From IMG/VR virus record IMGVR_UViG_3300020048_002944: DNA of 64,000 nucleotides; one strand, 5' to 3'. Made by a program: the position numbers and the translations under genes. Source of the DNA: a virus (Duplodnaviria > Caudoviricetes). Shown piece by piece: positions 41,050 to 50,227 of this stretch (its first letter is position 1; each line of letters starts with the position of its first letter). Under the pieces are notes generated by a model. The model did no database searches and was not told where the DNA came from. It was given only the letters and a program-made list of their open reading frames with translations.

Positions 41050-42639
41050 ATGATTATAGATATAATGGACACTAAAAGATTTGTTAAATTTAACGATTTA
41101 AAAGAAGTGTCTTCTTCTTTATTTTTCGATAAGTCCGGCACACCATATCAAGATGGGTTGTTTTCATATGATATATTTGGGTTACCTGGAAGTTATAATA
41201 GAAAGAATGCGTTTGGATATGTTGACTTAAAAGGTTTATATATTCATCCATATATGTATAATTTATTTGTTTCTTTAAATAGAAAATATGTAGATTTATT
41301 TACAGGTGAGAAAATGTTCATTTTTAATGAAACACTTAAGGATTTTGAAAAAACAGATGATGACAATCCAAATGGAGTTACAGGTATCGCTAGTTTTTAC
41401 AAATTCTACGATAAAGTCGAGTTTAGAGAAACCGACTCCAAACGAAGAAGTGATAAAATAGAACTAATTAAAGCTATGAAGAAAGAAGAAGTGTTCATAG
41501 ATAAATTCCCAGTTCAACCACCATTTTATAGGGATGCTAATTTCGAAACGCAAGCCACAAGTGAAATTAATAAGTTTTATAAAAAGATTATAATATCTGC
41601 AGAGAGTGCGAGAACAGTGTCGGAAGAAGATACATTCTTTTTTAATTATGCTAAGAATACTGTACAGACACAGTTAAATGAATTACATAATTTCATATTA
41701 GGATTAATAGAATTGAAAAATGGATTTCTTCACAAAGGTGTTATGGGTAAGACTGTTGATTACGGTGTAAGAACACTTATATCAGCCCCAACATTTACAT
41801 CCAATACATACGAAGAATTACCAGCCAGCTTCAGTCATGCATCGGTACCACTAAGTCAGATAGTAGGATTATTTACAATATTTATGCAAACATGGGTACA
41901 TGACTATATACATTCATATGTAGCAGATAGAAGCAATTTGTTTATCTATGATCCACGGGGTAAAACGGTAAAAAGAGTAAACCTTGCAAAAGATTGGGGT
42001 GACGATTATACATTTGAAGAGATGTTAAAGAAAATCAATTTATATAAGAGTTCACCAGAACATAGATTCGACCCAGTTGTTATAAAACTTGATAGTGGAG
42101 ATTATGTTCCTTTTATGTTTATTACTGATAATAAAGATGTTAATATAGTAGATGGTAAATATGATGCAGCTTCGCTTAAACATGTTAGATATATGACATG
42201 GACTGATTTATTCTATATTGCAGGTGTAGATGTTGTGAAAGATAAACATGTATTAATTACTAGATATCCATTAACAGATCACCATAGTGAATACTTTGCA
42301 AAGATTAAAATCAGAACAACATCCAGGACCATGAATATGTTAATAAAAGATACAATGTACAATCAATATCCAGTTGTAGATATTACTATACCTAAGCATA
42401 AACTAAGTAGTTATTTTATAGATAGTTTAGAAATATTCCCTCCATTTATCGGAACACTCGGTGCAGACCATGACGGTGATCAAGTAGCAGTAAAAGGAAT
42501 ATTTACAAAAGAAGCTAATGAAGAAGCAGATAACTATATATTTAGTATAGCAAACATGCTAGGTATAAACGGCGCAAGCGTTCGTAAACCTGAGGATATT
42601 GCAACACATGTGTTATATAATCTAACAAGAGATCCATAA
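41050..42639 (+). CDS. rpoC: multisubunit RNA polymerase beta' N-terminal/catalytic fragment, likely virion RNAP (phiKZ gp180-like)
   Basis: GLFSYDIFG, FGYVDL, MGKTVDYGVR, TRYP and catalytic GADHDGDQ motifs. Confidence 0.92.
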   Translation: MIIDIMDTKRFVKFNDLKEVSSSLFFDKSGTPYQDGLFSYDIFGLPGSYNRKNAFGYVDLKGLYIHPYMYNLFVSLNRKYVDLFTGEKMFIFNETLKDFEKTDDDNPNGVTGIASFYKFYDKVEFRETDSKRRSDKIELIKAMKKEEVFIDKFPVQPPFYRDANFETQATSEINKFYKKIIISAESARTVSEEDTFFFNYAKNTVQTQLNELHNFILGLIELKNGFLHKGVMGKTVDYGVRTLISAPTFTSNTYEELPASFSHASVPLSQIVGLFTIFMQTWVHDYIHSYVADRSNLFIYDPRGKTVKRVNLAKDWGDDYTFEEMLKKINLYKSSPEHRFDPVVIKLDSGDYVPFMFITDNKDVNIVDGKYDAASLKHVRYMTWTDLFYIAGVDVVKDKHVLITRYPLTDHHSEYFAKIKIRTTSRTMNMLIKDTMYNQYPVVDITIPKHKLSSYFIDSLEIFPPFIGTLGADHDGDQVAVKGIFTKEANEEADNYIFSIANMLGINGASVRKPEDIATHVLYNLTRDP

Positions 42640-42649
42640 ATTATATTAC

Positions 42650-42665
42650 AAATATATATTATTAC
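42650..42665 (+). promoter_or_regulatory. early-type promoter motif
   Basis: AAATATATATTATTAC. Confidence 0.65.
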
Positions 42666-42691
42666 TGTATAATATATAAAGGAGTTTAATA

Positions 42692-43240
42692 ATGGAAAAG
42701 ACAAAATTTAAATTTAAGAATGGAGAGATGGTTGAAGATCTATTAACCGGATTTTCTGGTATGGTTGTATATCAGATAGACTATTTGACCGGATGTAACA
42801 GATATGGTGTAAAACCTACTAAACTTGATGAGAAGGGACAACCACTATCGGACATATCGTTCGATGAAGCAATGTTGGAACGTATGGACAGAGTTCAAAC
42901 CTCAAACTTGGTTAAAATAGCAGAGGACAAATTTAAACCATTCCAATACGACACTGGAGATTTAGTTAAAGATAAGATCTCCGGGTTTAAAGGGGTGGTT
43001 ATCGGCAGGGTACATAAGATCACAGGGTCTAATTCGTACCTCGTGACCCCAACAGACTTAGATAAAGAAGGAAACCCAAAAAGTCATTCTATGATAGACG
43101 AAGCTATCATAGAACTTTTGGATGCGAATCTGTTTCACAAGATAGAAACAGATATGAAAGAAAAAACCACCAAAATAAAAAATAACACCGACAAGAATAA
43201 AGGTGGTCCAGGGGAAAAACTCCCCATGGATATGTATTAA
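42692..43240 (+). CDS. protein with tandem duplicated small beta-barrel (SH3/KOW-like) domain
   Basis: Two ~60-aa copies G..V.D..TGF.G.V......TG...Y.V.PT.LD..G.P......DEA. Confidence 0.75.
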   Translation: MEKTKFKFKNGEMVEDLLTGFSGMVVYQIDYLTGCNRYGVKPTKLDEKGQPLSDISFDEAMLERMDRVQTSNLVKIAEDKFKPFQYDTGDLVKDKISGFKGVVIGRVHKITGSNSYLVTPTDLDKEGNPKSHSMIDEAIIELLDANLFHKIETDMKEKTTKIKNNTDKNKGGPGEKLPMDMY

Positions 43241-43244
43241 TTAT

Positions 43245-43271
43245 AAGAGAGACTTTCGAGTCTCTTTTTTT
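43245..43271 (+). terminator. intrinsic terminator
   Basis: AAGAGAGACT-ttcg-AGTCTCT + T tract. Confidence 0.85.
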
Positions 43272-43295
43272 ATTAAATATGAAAAAAAGGGGCGA

Positions 43296-44177
43296 ATGAT
43301 GCAATTTGATATTATGGAGAAAATAATGGAGCGATTACCTAGCATATACTCCAGTACAAATGAAGAGACTGAACCGGTGTTCGAATCATTAGATAGTTCT
43401 AATTTATTATTCGGTCACCTCAAGCAGAATATTCTAACATATGAGAACTATTTATATATTACAGAAGATCGTATTGATACTAACATAAATGAACCTATAA
43501 ATATAATAAAAGAAGATTGGGATAAGTGTATTGATAGTGTGAGTAATCTCTTAGGTACTATTAATAATTTTTTTACAAATCCAGATAATTCTATAATTCC
43601 AACAAAAGGTGTACAATTATCTATGGTTGAAGAGTATTTAACAACATCTGAAGATGTTATAAATATTTGTAAATATGAATTAGAACCTGAGAAAACAATA
43701 TCCGATATTATAATGAATATTTCACCGGATCTTATGCCATATATGAAAAACATTACTATGTTAGGTGATAATTTCGATCCCATTGGTGTGTCTGCTTCTT
43801 ATAAATTAGATTACGATAACGTTAAACGAGATCTTTATTTAAAATTATATGGAGAAGATAATCCGAGAAACATACAGGTACCTACAAAAAACAGTAATAT
43901 AACAATAACTACTATACAATATATTTTAATATCGAGAGATGAATGGATTTCTTCTTATAAGAAGTTTGCTTCTATTGTAGATAAATTAAAATCTATGTAT
44001 ATAATAAACCAGAAAAACAAAGACAATAGATTAGAAATTACTAATAATTTAGTTTTCCTAAAAAAAGTAATGAATATAATAGATGCCTACAGACGACTAT
44101 GTATACTTAAATGGTTAACATATAGTAAACTTAGAAGTGACTGTAAATTAATATTAAATAAACTCCTAGGAGTTTAA
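43296..44177 (+). CDS. putative internal head protein, divergent paralog (start reassigned to 43296)
   Basis: Acidic N-terminus, YITE/D; body resembles 33182/34161/44523 (LYLKLYG vs IYTSIFG/IYSKIYG). Confidence 0.55.
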   Translation: MMQFDIMEKIMERLPSIYSSTNEETEPVFESLDSSNLLFGHLKQNILTYENYLYITEDRIDTNINEPINIIKEDWDKCIDSVSNLLGTINNFFTNPDNSIIPTKGVQLSMVEEYLTTSEDVINICKYELEPEKTISDIIMNISPDLMPYMKNITMLGDNFDPIGVSASYKLDYDNVKRDLYLKLYGEDNPRNIQVPTKNSNITITTIQYILISRDEWISSYKKFASIVDKLKSMYIINQKNKDNRLEITNNLVFLKKVMNIIDAYRRLCILKWLTYSKLRSDCKLILNKLLGV

Positions 44178-44270
44178 CAAACATTTGAATTATTCTATTA
44201 TTTAATATAGACTAAGTCTCGCATGAGATTTATATATTTTATTAAATAATATTCTAAACAAGGAGAAATT

Positions 44271-44504
44271 ATGTTCGCACATATCTTAGAAAAGTACCAA
44301 ATACCAGCAGTAGCTATAGTTATAATTATTGCGGTATTGTTGTTAATTATCATAAGCGGGTTTATTTCGAGCGCAGTATTTAGTACACGCACATACAACT
44401 CGTCAAAAAAGACAATTAAAGATAAGATTTTATTCATATTGTCGATATTTTTAAACTGGTTCGGTTTAATAATATACGTTATTCGTAAATGTATGAAAAA
44501 ATAA
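44271..44504 (+). CDS. small membrane protein (2 TM)
   Basis: AGGAG RBS; two hydrophobic segments. Confidence 0.75.
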   Translation: MFAHILEKYQIPAVAIVIIIAVLLLIIISGFISSAVFSTRTYNSSKKTIKDKILFILSIFLNWFGLIIYVIRKCMKK

Positions 44505-44522
44505 TAATAGGAGAGATTAATT

Positions 44523-45560
44523 ATGGATTATAATAACTTTACGTTAGAGAGTGCACTTAACATTATTGATGAAACTACTACAGGGACATCTGGATGTACA
44601 TCTATAGAAACAGAAAATGTTATACTTGATGCTTATAATAATATGGGCGACGATATATTGAGTCTTGAAAATGCCTTCCAAGCATTAGACCTTCTCACGA
44701 CAATCCAATCATCATTAGGATTAGAATCAGCTGAACTGAACGTTCAACTTGAAGGTGTTATGGAAAACATACGAGTAGGTATTCACAGATTTGCAGAATC
44801 TTGGAGAAACTTCTTCGTAGCGTATGCTAATTACTATAAGGGTGAAATATATGACGATGATAGAAACTCATTTGACGCAGTTAAAGGTATATTGGATACA
44901 GCATTGAAAGAATCCGACGCAGTGGTCACAATATCAGAATATTCAACCGATCCAAACGCTATGGTTAAAGCACTTGTTTCTGATAGTGAAAAAGCTGGAA
45001 AAGATATTAAAGACGGTATCGTTAATATTATTAAAGACACCGCTGCTAAAAAAGGTGAGAATGTTACAACTAAAGATGAAGTGGAAATCTGGTCTAATTG
45101 GTTTGGTAAATCTATAACTTTATATAAAGTTCCATTATATAATACCGGTAAAAAATGGTTCCCAATGGTAAATGCGCGTTTAGTTGATGATATTTACTCT
45201 AAAATTTATGGTGGTAAAGTTCGTAAAACTAAAAAAGTAGCAATTAAAGATTGTGGTATAACTAAAGAGACTATAGAAAAGTGTCTCGTCGGAGAATACG
45301 TTAGCTATTTCAGAGTAAATCTGCAAAAAATAATGAGCGAATTTGATACACACCTTAAAAAACTTGAAGCTATAGTGTATACTAATGAGAATGGCGAAAC
45401 AAGCACATCGATGGGAACAAACAGAAAAGCGTACAAAGGTATAGTTACTTATTTCGATGCTTTTAGAACATGTGTTGCTACGACTTGGAATATATATGGT
45501 AGAGTGAGAGCAGAAGCCAGACAAATATGTAAAATAGTTGCTAAAAAATATCAAGAATAA
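44523..45560 (+). CDS. putative internal head protein, acidic-leader paralog family
   Basis: MDYNNFTLESALNII...VQLE/G. Confidence 0.65.
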   Translation: MDYNNFTLESALNIIDETTTGTSGCTSIETENVILDAYNNMGDDILSLENAFQALDLLTTIQSSLGLESAELNVQLEGVMENIRVGIHRFAESWRNFFVAYANYYKGEIYDDDRNSFDAVKGILDTALKESDAVVTISEYSTDPNAMVKALVSDSEKAGKDIKDGIVNIIKDTAAKKGENVTTKDEVEIWSNWFGKSITLYKVPLYNTGKKWFPMVNARLVDDIYSKIYGGKVRKTKKVAIKDCGITKETIEKCLVGEYVSYFRVNLQKIMSEFDTHLKKLEAIVYTNENGETSTSMGTNRKAYKGIVTYFDAFRTCVATTWNIYGRVRAEARQICKIVAKKYQE

Positions 45561-45566
45561 TAAATC

Positions 45567-45591
45567 TACAGAAGGTCATAGACCTTCTGTA
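45567..45591. terminator. hairpin terminator at convergent gene ends
   Basis: TACAGAAGGTC-ata-GACCTTCTGTA. Confidence 0.75.
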
Positions 45592-46304
45592 TTTTCTTTT
45601 TGTAAATATTCTAATAAATTAGTATTGTTTCTAGTAGTGATACATGGTATTCCTTCTATGTTAAGACTAACATAGTTAACTCGTAATATTTCTGGTATTT
45701 CGTCTAATTTAGAATTCTGTAAAGATTTTATTTCTTCGTATTTCATTCTAACTTCATCTGAAAAGAATGGACTATACCGCTCTACAAACTCATTCCATTC
45801 CCCTTTGGGCTGAGATGGGTGAACATCTACTTTAAAATTATGTACTAGTTGATGTACTGTTGGACTCAGCGGTATTAATCCAACTATATTTTCATAGTGT
45901 AAATACATAACCTCATTTGCAACATCGAATTCATATGCATATCCATGATCTTGTATGTGTCGATTAACTACTGATTGAGTTATATCGAATAATGTAAATG
46001 GTGCATGGTGTAATTCTATTCTTAAAGTTTTAGATGCTTTAATATTATGAAAGAAACTACACATGTTCATATTTAAATTATTTTTAAGATACTGTGTATA
46101 TTTATTATATTCATATGAGCATCTAATAAGTGTTTCTATTTTTTTAATACCTTTAACATCATTAGGATCTGTTAATACTGTCATATTTTGAAATGGTGGA
46201 ATTTCTTCTACTTTAATTATTGTCTTATTACCTATCTGAGTTACTTGACCAGTCTTTTCTATAATAGATAATTCAGTTGATTCTTTTTTATTTTTATTCC
46301 TCAT
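45576..46304 (-). CDS. HNH-like (His-Me finger) protein
   Basis: CSFF...IELHHAPF...LIPLSPTVHQLVH; AACA-N6-TA at 46318-46329. Confidence 0.6.
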   Translation of the reverse strand: MRNKNKKESTELSIIEKTGQVTQIGNKTIIKVEEIPPFQNMTVLTDPNDVKGIKKIETLIRCSYEYNKYTQYLKNNLNMNMCSFFHNIKASKTLRIELHHAPFTLFDITQSVVNRHIQDHGYAYEFDVANEVMYLHYENIVGLIPLSPTVHQLVHNFKVDVHPSQPKGEWNEFVERYSPFFSDEVRMKYEEIKSLQNSKLDEIPEILRVNYVSLNIEGIPCITTRNNTNLLEYLQKENTEGL

Positions 46305-46330
46305 AATATACCTCTTATATCATTATGTTG

Positions 46331-46360
46331 AAAAAAAAGAGATGGGTATATCCCATCTCT
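46331..46360 (-). terminator. intrinsic terminator
   Basis: AGAGATGGG-atata-CCCATCTCT + T tract on minus strand. Confidence 0.85.
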
Positions 46361-46625
46361 ATTTGAGCATACATAGAATGATATGCTCTATTACGAGATT
46401 AAAATCTCGTAACTCTACCTCTGTGGTACATGGGGTTCCACAGTGATTAGTAATAGTAGACAACGACTGAACGTTGTCACATACGAATGGGATCTTAATC
46501 CCATTCGTATTAGTAACATAAAACGTTCCACTATCCACTTCTATAGTGGATATATCCTGTACACGGATGAAGGTTTTTCTTCCTTCATCCTCTTTTTCTT
46601 TTATGTATAATATTGTCTTTTCCAT
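46359..46625 (-). CDS. small early hypothetical protein
   Basis: AGGAG RBS; TATATATTAT motif at 46653-46665 (-). Confidence 0.75.
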   Translation of the reverse strand: MEKTILYIKEKEDEGRKTFIRVQDISTIEVDSGTFYVTNTNGIKIPFVCDNVQSLSTITNHCGTPCTTEVELRDFNLVIEHIILCMLK

Positions 46626-46726
46626 ATTAAACTCCTTTTTGTTTATCTACTAATATAATATATAACCAAATACAAGGTAGATACTATTAGTTTTATACGA
46701 TTATATTATCCTAGTATTTAATATAA

Positions 46727-46738
46727 AACATTTACTTA
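46727..46738 (+). promoter_or_regulatory. late-type promoter AACA-N6-TA
   Basis: AACATTTACTTA. Confidence 0.65.
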
Positions 46739-46764
46739 TACTTATTGTAAAAGGAGAACAAAAT

Positions 46765-48960
46765 ATGTCACTTCCAGATTTTAACTATGTGATAGAAGAT
46801 GTAGAAGTATTAGGTGAAATTAAAAAACAACTAATAATATTTATAATGCGAAAAGAAGCAAAGATTCAATATATTGTAGATAAGTGTCCTTATGATATAG
46901 GTACATTTCATGCAGTAATAATGCGAGTAAAATTCGACCCAACCAAAGATATAGTAATACCAAAAGAAGAAGATGCTCAAATAACAACACAAGAATCAAA
47001 CAGACCATGCACATTAAACTTCACCAATATATTTAACGCTATATTATTAACAAATATAACAATAGACATCCCAGAAATATTTAATATTAAGATAAAATTA
47101 TCATTATTAGACAATATTACAAAACCACAAGATTCATTGATGAATCTTAAATCATTAACATTAAATAACTGTATATTAGAAGATGGGTTTAATATATCTA
47201 ATAAAAAGGATTTAGTGTTAGAGTTTAATAGTTGTAAGATATATAAAGAATTCTTTATTGAATCTGTTAATAAAAAAAGAAATGATAATTTGTTTGTTAC
47301 TTTAAATGGATGTATGTTGATCGATATTTATAAATTAATCGTAAATCATTGTGCGTCGTTAAATATAGTAGGACTCAATGTACAATGTGGCGATAGAAAT
47401 GAAACAACCATGTTACCACTATTAGTAAGTTTTAATGATATTATACAATGTAATATAACCAATATTAAATTAACAAATATGTGGAATGAAATGACCATCA
47501 CAACATGTGATAACTTATTAATAAATAATATTAGATTTTCACACAAAGATAAAACCAAACCAATACCTACTCTTTTAAATATATCCAAATCAAAGATAGT
47601 TAAATTAATACAAGTGTATGGTAATGGATTATTTGTATACGAATGTGACGACGTCGTAATTAGCGAACATGTTGTCAATAGTACAATATGTAATGATGCT
47701 GAGTATGGTTTACGATGTATAGATATACGAGAGAAGTTAGCTTTAAGTAGATTAATGTATAAAGATGGTGGGTGTGGTACAGGAGTTAATCTAACCGCTA
47801 TCACAGCAAAATCATCTCTATCATATGCAGAAATCAAAGATACAAAAACAGCTATAAAATTAATGTTAATAGACGGAACAATTTCCATTATAGAATCGAA
47901 AATATCAAACAATAAAAAAGGTATAGAGATGGTTGATTCTAAAGGTAAGTTAAATATAGCGAGCAATTCGGAAATCTTCGATAATGAAGTCAATATAATA
48001 TTAAAAACTGTATCGACGTTTGCTATGTTAAACTCTCACTGTACTAATATTAATAATATTCAAACTAAACCCAATTTTGCTATTAATGATATTGAGTTGA
48101 AAGATGTTAACTTTATTAGGTTATCTGAATGTGTACTAGATAGGGTTAAGTTATCTATAACTGATTCGTTTGATGTTGAATTGAATGCGAATGTTGTGCT
48201 AGATGCTATTGTACACGTAGATAAAGGTATAGATCTTAAATATACATATAATAATTTCACACAGTCAGATATTAAAACAGATCCGACTAAACATGCTTTA
48301 AACATAAGTAATTTAGAGAAGTTTATTGCAACAGGTAATACTTGTATAACTCACCCATTCATGATATACAGTGTAGATATGGTAGATATTCGCAGTAACG
48401 ATCTACATACAGGTATACTACTGGAAGGATGTGGTGGTATAGTATGGTCTAAATTAAATATTAACACTATAGGTAAAGCGAGCGAGAAGAAATATAAGTA
48501 CGGCGTATTTATGAAAGATTGTAAAGGAATAGATGTATCTACCAATACATTCGATATACCATCTCAAGGTAATGCTATAACACTAGCTAATTCTTTCTTT
48601 AATACTCTTATGGATAATGTATTCTTAAATGAAAAGAATAGGGTGGTTTTAGATAAAGCTCCAGTAAATCTAAATCACATATCAGTCGATATAAATAGTG
48701 CAAATATCCCCTTAATTCGTTCAACGAATATGTTCAGAGAAGCGATGTTTATATATGACAGGGGATACTATAACACAATGGTAAATAATGGCGAATTACC
48801 TGTTGTTGAGAAAGAAGAGGACTTACAAGCATTGAATTCTAATATTATTTCGATATTAGATCCTTCAAATGAATTTGCTGTACGATTTATACGTAAAGTG
48901 AACAAGTTAATAGATAAATCTTTTAATGATTACATGAAAGCTTTATCAACTGGAGAATAG
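46765..48960 (+). CDS. right-handed parallel beta-helix (pectin lyase-like) protein
   Basis: Repeating I.I.N..I..N..GI strands (ISIIESKISNNKKGIEM; YGVFMKDCKGIDVSTNTF). Confidence 0.7.
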   Translation: MSLPDFNYVIEDVEVLGEIKKQLIIFIMRKEAKIQYIVDKCPYDIGTFHAVIMRVKFDPTKDIVIPKEEDAQITTQESNRPCTLNFTNIFNAILLTNITIDIPEIFNIKIKLSLLDNITKPQDSLMNLKSLTLNNCILEDGFNISNKKDLVLEFNSCKIYKEFFIESVNKKRNDNLFVTLNGCMLIDIYKLIVNHCASLNIVGLNVQCGDRNETTMLPLLVSFNDIIQCNITNIKLTNMWNEMTITTCDNLLINNIRFSHKDKTKPIPTLLNISKSKIVKLIQVYGNGLFVYECDDVVISEHVVNSTICNDAEYGLRCIDIREKLALSRLMYKDGGCGTGVNLTAITAKSSLSYAEIKDTKTAIKLMLIDGTISIIESKISNNKKGIEMVDSKGKLNIASNSEIFDNEVNIILKTVSTFAMLNSHCTNINNIQTKPNFAINDIELKDVNFIRLSECVLDRVKLSITDSFDVELNANVVLDAIVHVDKGIDLKYTYNNFTQSDIKTDPTKHALNISNLEKFIATGNTCITHPFMIYSVDMVDIRSNDLHTGILLEGCGGIVWSKLNINTIGKASEKKYKYGVFMKDCKGIDVSTNTFDIPSQGNAITLANSFFNTLMDNVFLNEKNRVVLDKAPVNLNHISVDINSANIPLIRSTNMFREAMFIYDRGYYNTMVNNGELPVVEKEEDLQALNSNIISILDPSNEFAVRFIRKVNKLIDKSFNDYMKALSTGE

Positions 48961-48961
48961 A

Positions 48962-49750
48962 ATGGGGAATAAACAGTTTTATACAAATGATTCCATAAAA
49001 TATCTACTAAATAAAAACATCTTCGAATACGATATTAAACGAGCTGGTGTCACTATGTTATACGAAATAAACTATTTCGATAAAGATACTTATAATAGTT
49101 TAATAAATATGCACAAATTAGAATTGGATATAGCGTTAGGTAAATATCTAAACCCTGCAACATTTAAATTAATAAACGAAAATATTGCTATAAAAATGAA
49201 CGAATTCATAACAGCTAATAACATATCAAAAGATAATATTATAAGTTTAAAAAAAGATGCGCTATTCATTTATAATATAAATCCACATATCGTAACGTTT
49301 GGTAAAAAGGTAGAATTCGTACGGAAGAATATTTATACATCATTCTTTAAACTAGGTGATTTAGAACTATACTTCAATTCAAATACCGGTAACATAGACA
49401 TTAAAGGTGTGTCTTCGGATAGTTCATATAAATTACATCCATTAATATACGTTGTAAAAGATATATGTAAACGATTAGAACATCTAGAATTAGGTTTGGT
49501 ATCATATAACGATGTCTTTTCATTTATACAAAAAGTCAATGATGAATATCTTGATGGACGTATGGTTAAAGATACGTATAGAGAACTAAACGCTACATTA
49601 AAATTTAGATCCTCATTCAATAGTAATGTAGTGTATTTCGACAATCTCCCAGATTTAGATTCTTTTAAATTGGATGTATCTTATAATTGGAAAACATTTA
49701 TTGCACCATTCGTGTCACTGTTATCAACCATTGACCCGTATAGGGGGTAA
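48962..49750 (+). CDS. small DNA-polymerase-palm-like protein
   Basis: IFEYDIKRAG (motif A-like) and ISLKKDALF (motif C-like), IDIKGV. Confidence 0.5.
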   Translation: MGNKQFYTNDSIKYLLNKNIFEYDIKRAGVTMLYEINYFDKDTYNSLINMHKLELDIALGKYLNPATFKLINENIAIKMNEFITANNISKDNIISLKKDALFIYNINPHIVTFGKKVEFVRKNIYTSFFKLGDLELYFNSNTGNIDIKGVSSDSSYKLHPLIYVVKDICKRLEHLELGLVSYNDVFSFIQKVNDEYLDGRMVKDTYRELNATLKFRSSFNSNVVYFDNLPDLDSFKLDVSYNWKTFIAPFVSLLSTIDPYRG

Positions 49751-49752
49751 TT

Positions 49753-50211
49753 GTGATGGCATATAAGCACAATATATATAATTATTTGAATGGGAATACG
49801 ATGGCTATGCTTAAAGCGGCTTTCGCATCCCACGATTATTATACTCTTGGTAGAATGATGAAAACTCATATCATGACAAAAGTATTTTACAGAGATCTTA
49901 TAGATTGTGCTATTTTCAACAATAACAAGATTGGATTAGAGTGGTTATTAGAGACATATCCCCAATTGATTAATTTAAAATTAGGGGAATTCATATTAAA
50001 AGCTGCGCAACAATATAGAGGTTTTTGGGCAGCTTATTATGTTGATAAATATGATATGTTGAATCCGGATAGGCGAGTGAAAATAGATCAATCTAAAATA
50101 TTACCGGCAGAAGAAATAACAGAAACCCACGATACAGAGAACAAAACAAATAATATACTTACAATTTGGAAAAATATTAAGAAATTAATTTTAAGAAAAA
50201 ATGAGAAGTAG
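49753..50211 (+). CDS. hypothetical helical protein
   Basis: In operon; weak ankyrin-like AIFNNNKIGLEWLL. Confidence 0.65.
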   Translation: MMAYKHNIYNYLNGNTMAMLKAAFASHDYYTLGRMMKTHIMTKVFYRDLIDCAIFNNNKIGLEWLLETYPQLINLKLGEFILKAAQQYRGFWAAYYVDKYDMLNPDRRVKIDQSKILPAEEITETHDTENKTNNILTIWKNIKKLILRKNEK

Positions 50212-50227
50212 GGAATTCCCTACTTCT
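50204..50227. terminator. perfect 24-bp palindrome containing both convergent stop codons
   Basis: AGAAGTAGGGAATTCCCTACTTCT. Confidence 0.7.

Noticed and set aside
45576-46304. HNH-like gene as a mobile homing element
   Set aside because: It interrupts no gene, has a normal late-type promoter and lacks flanking intron structure.
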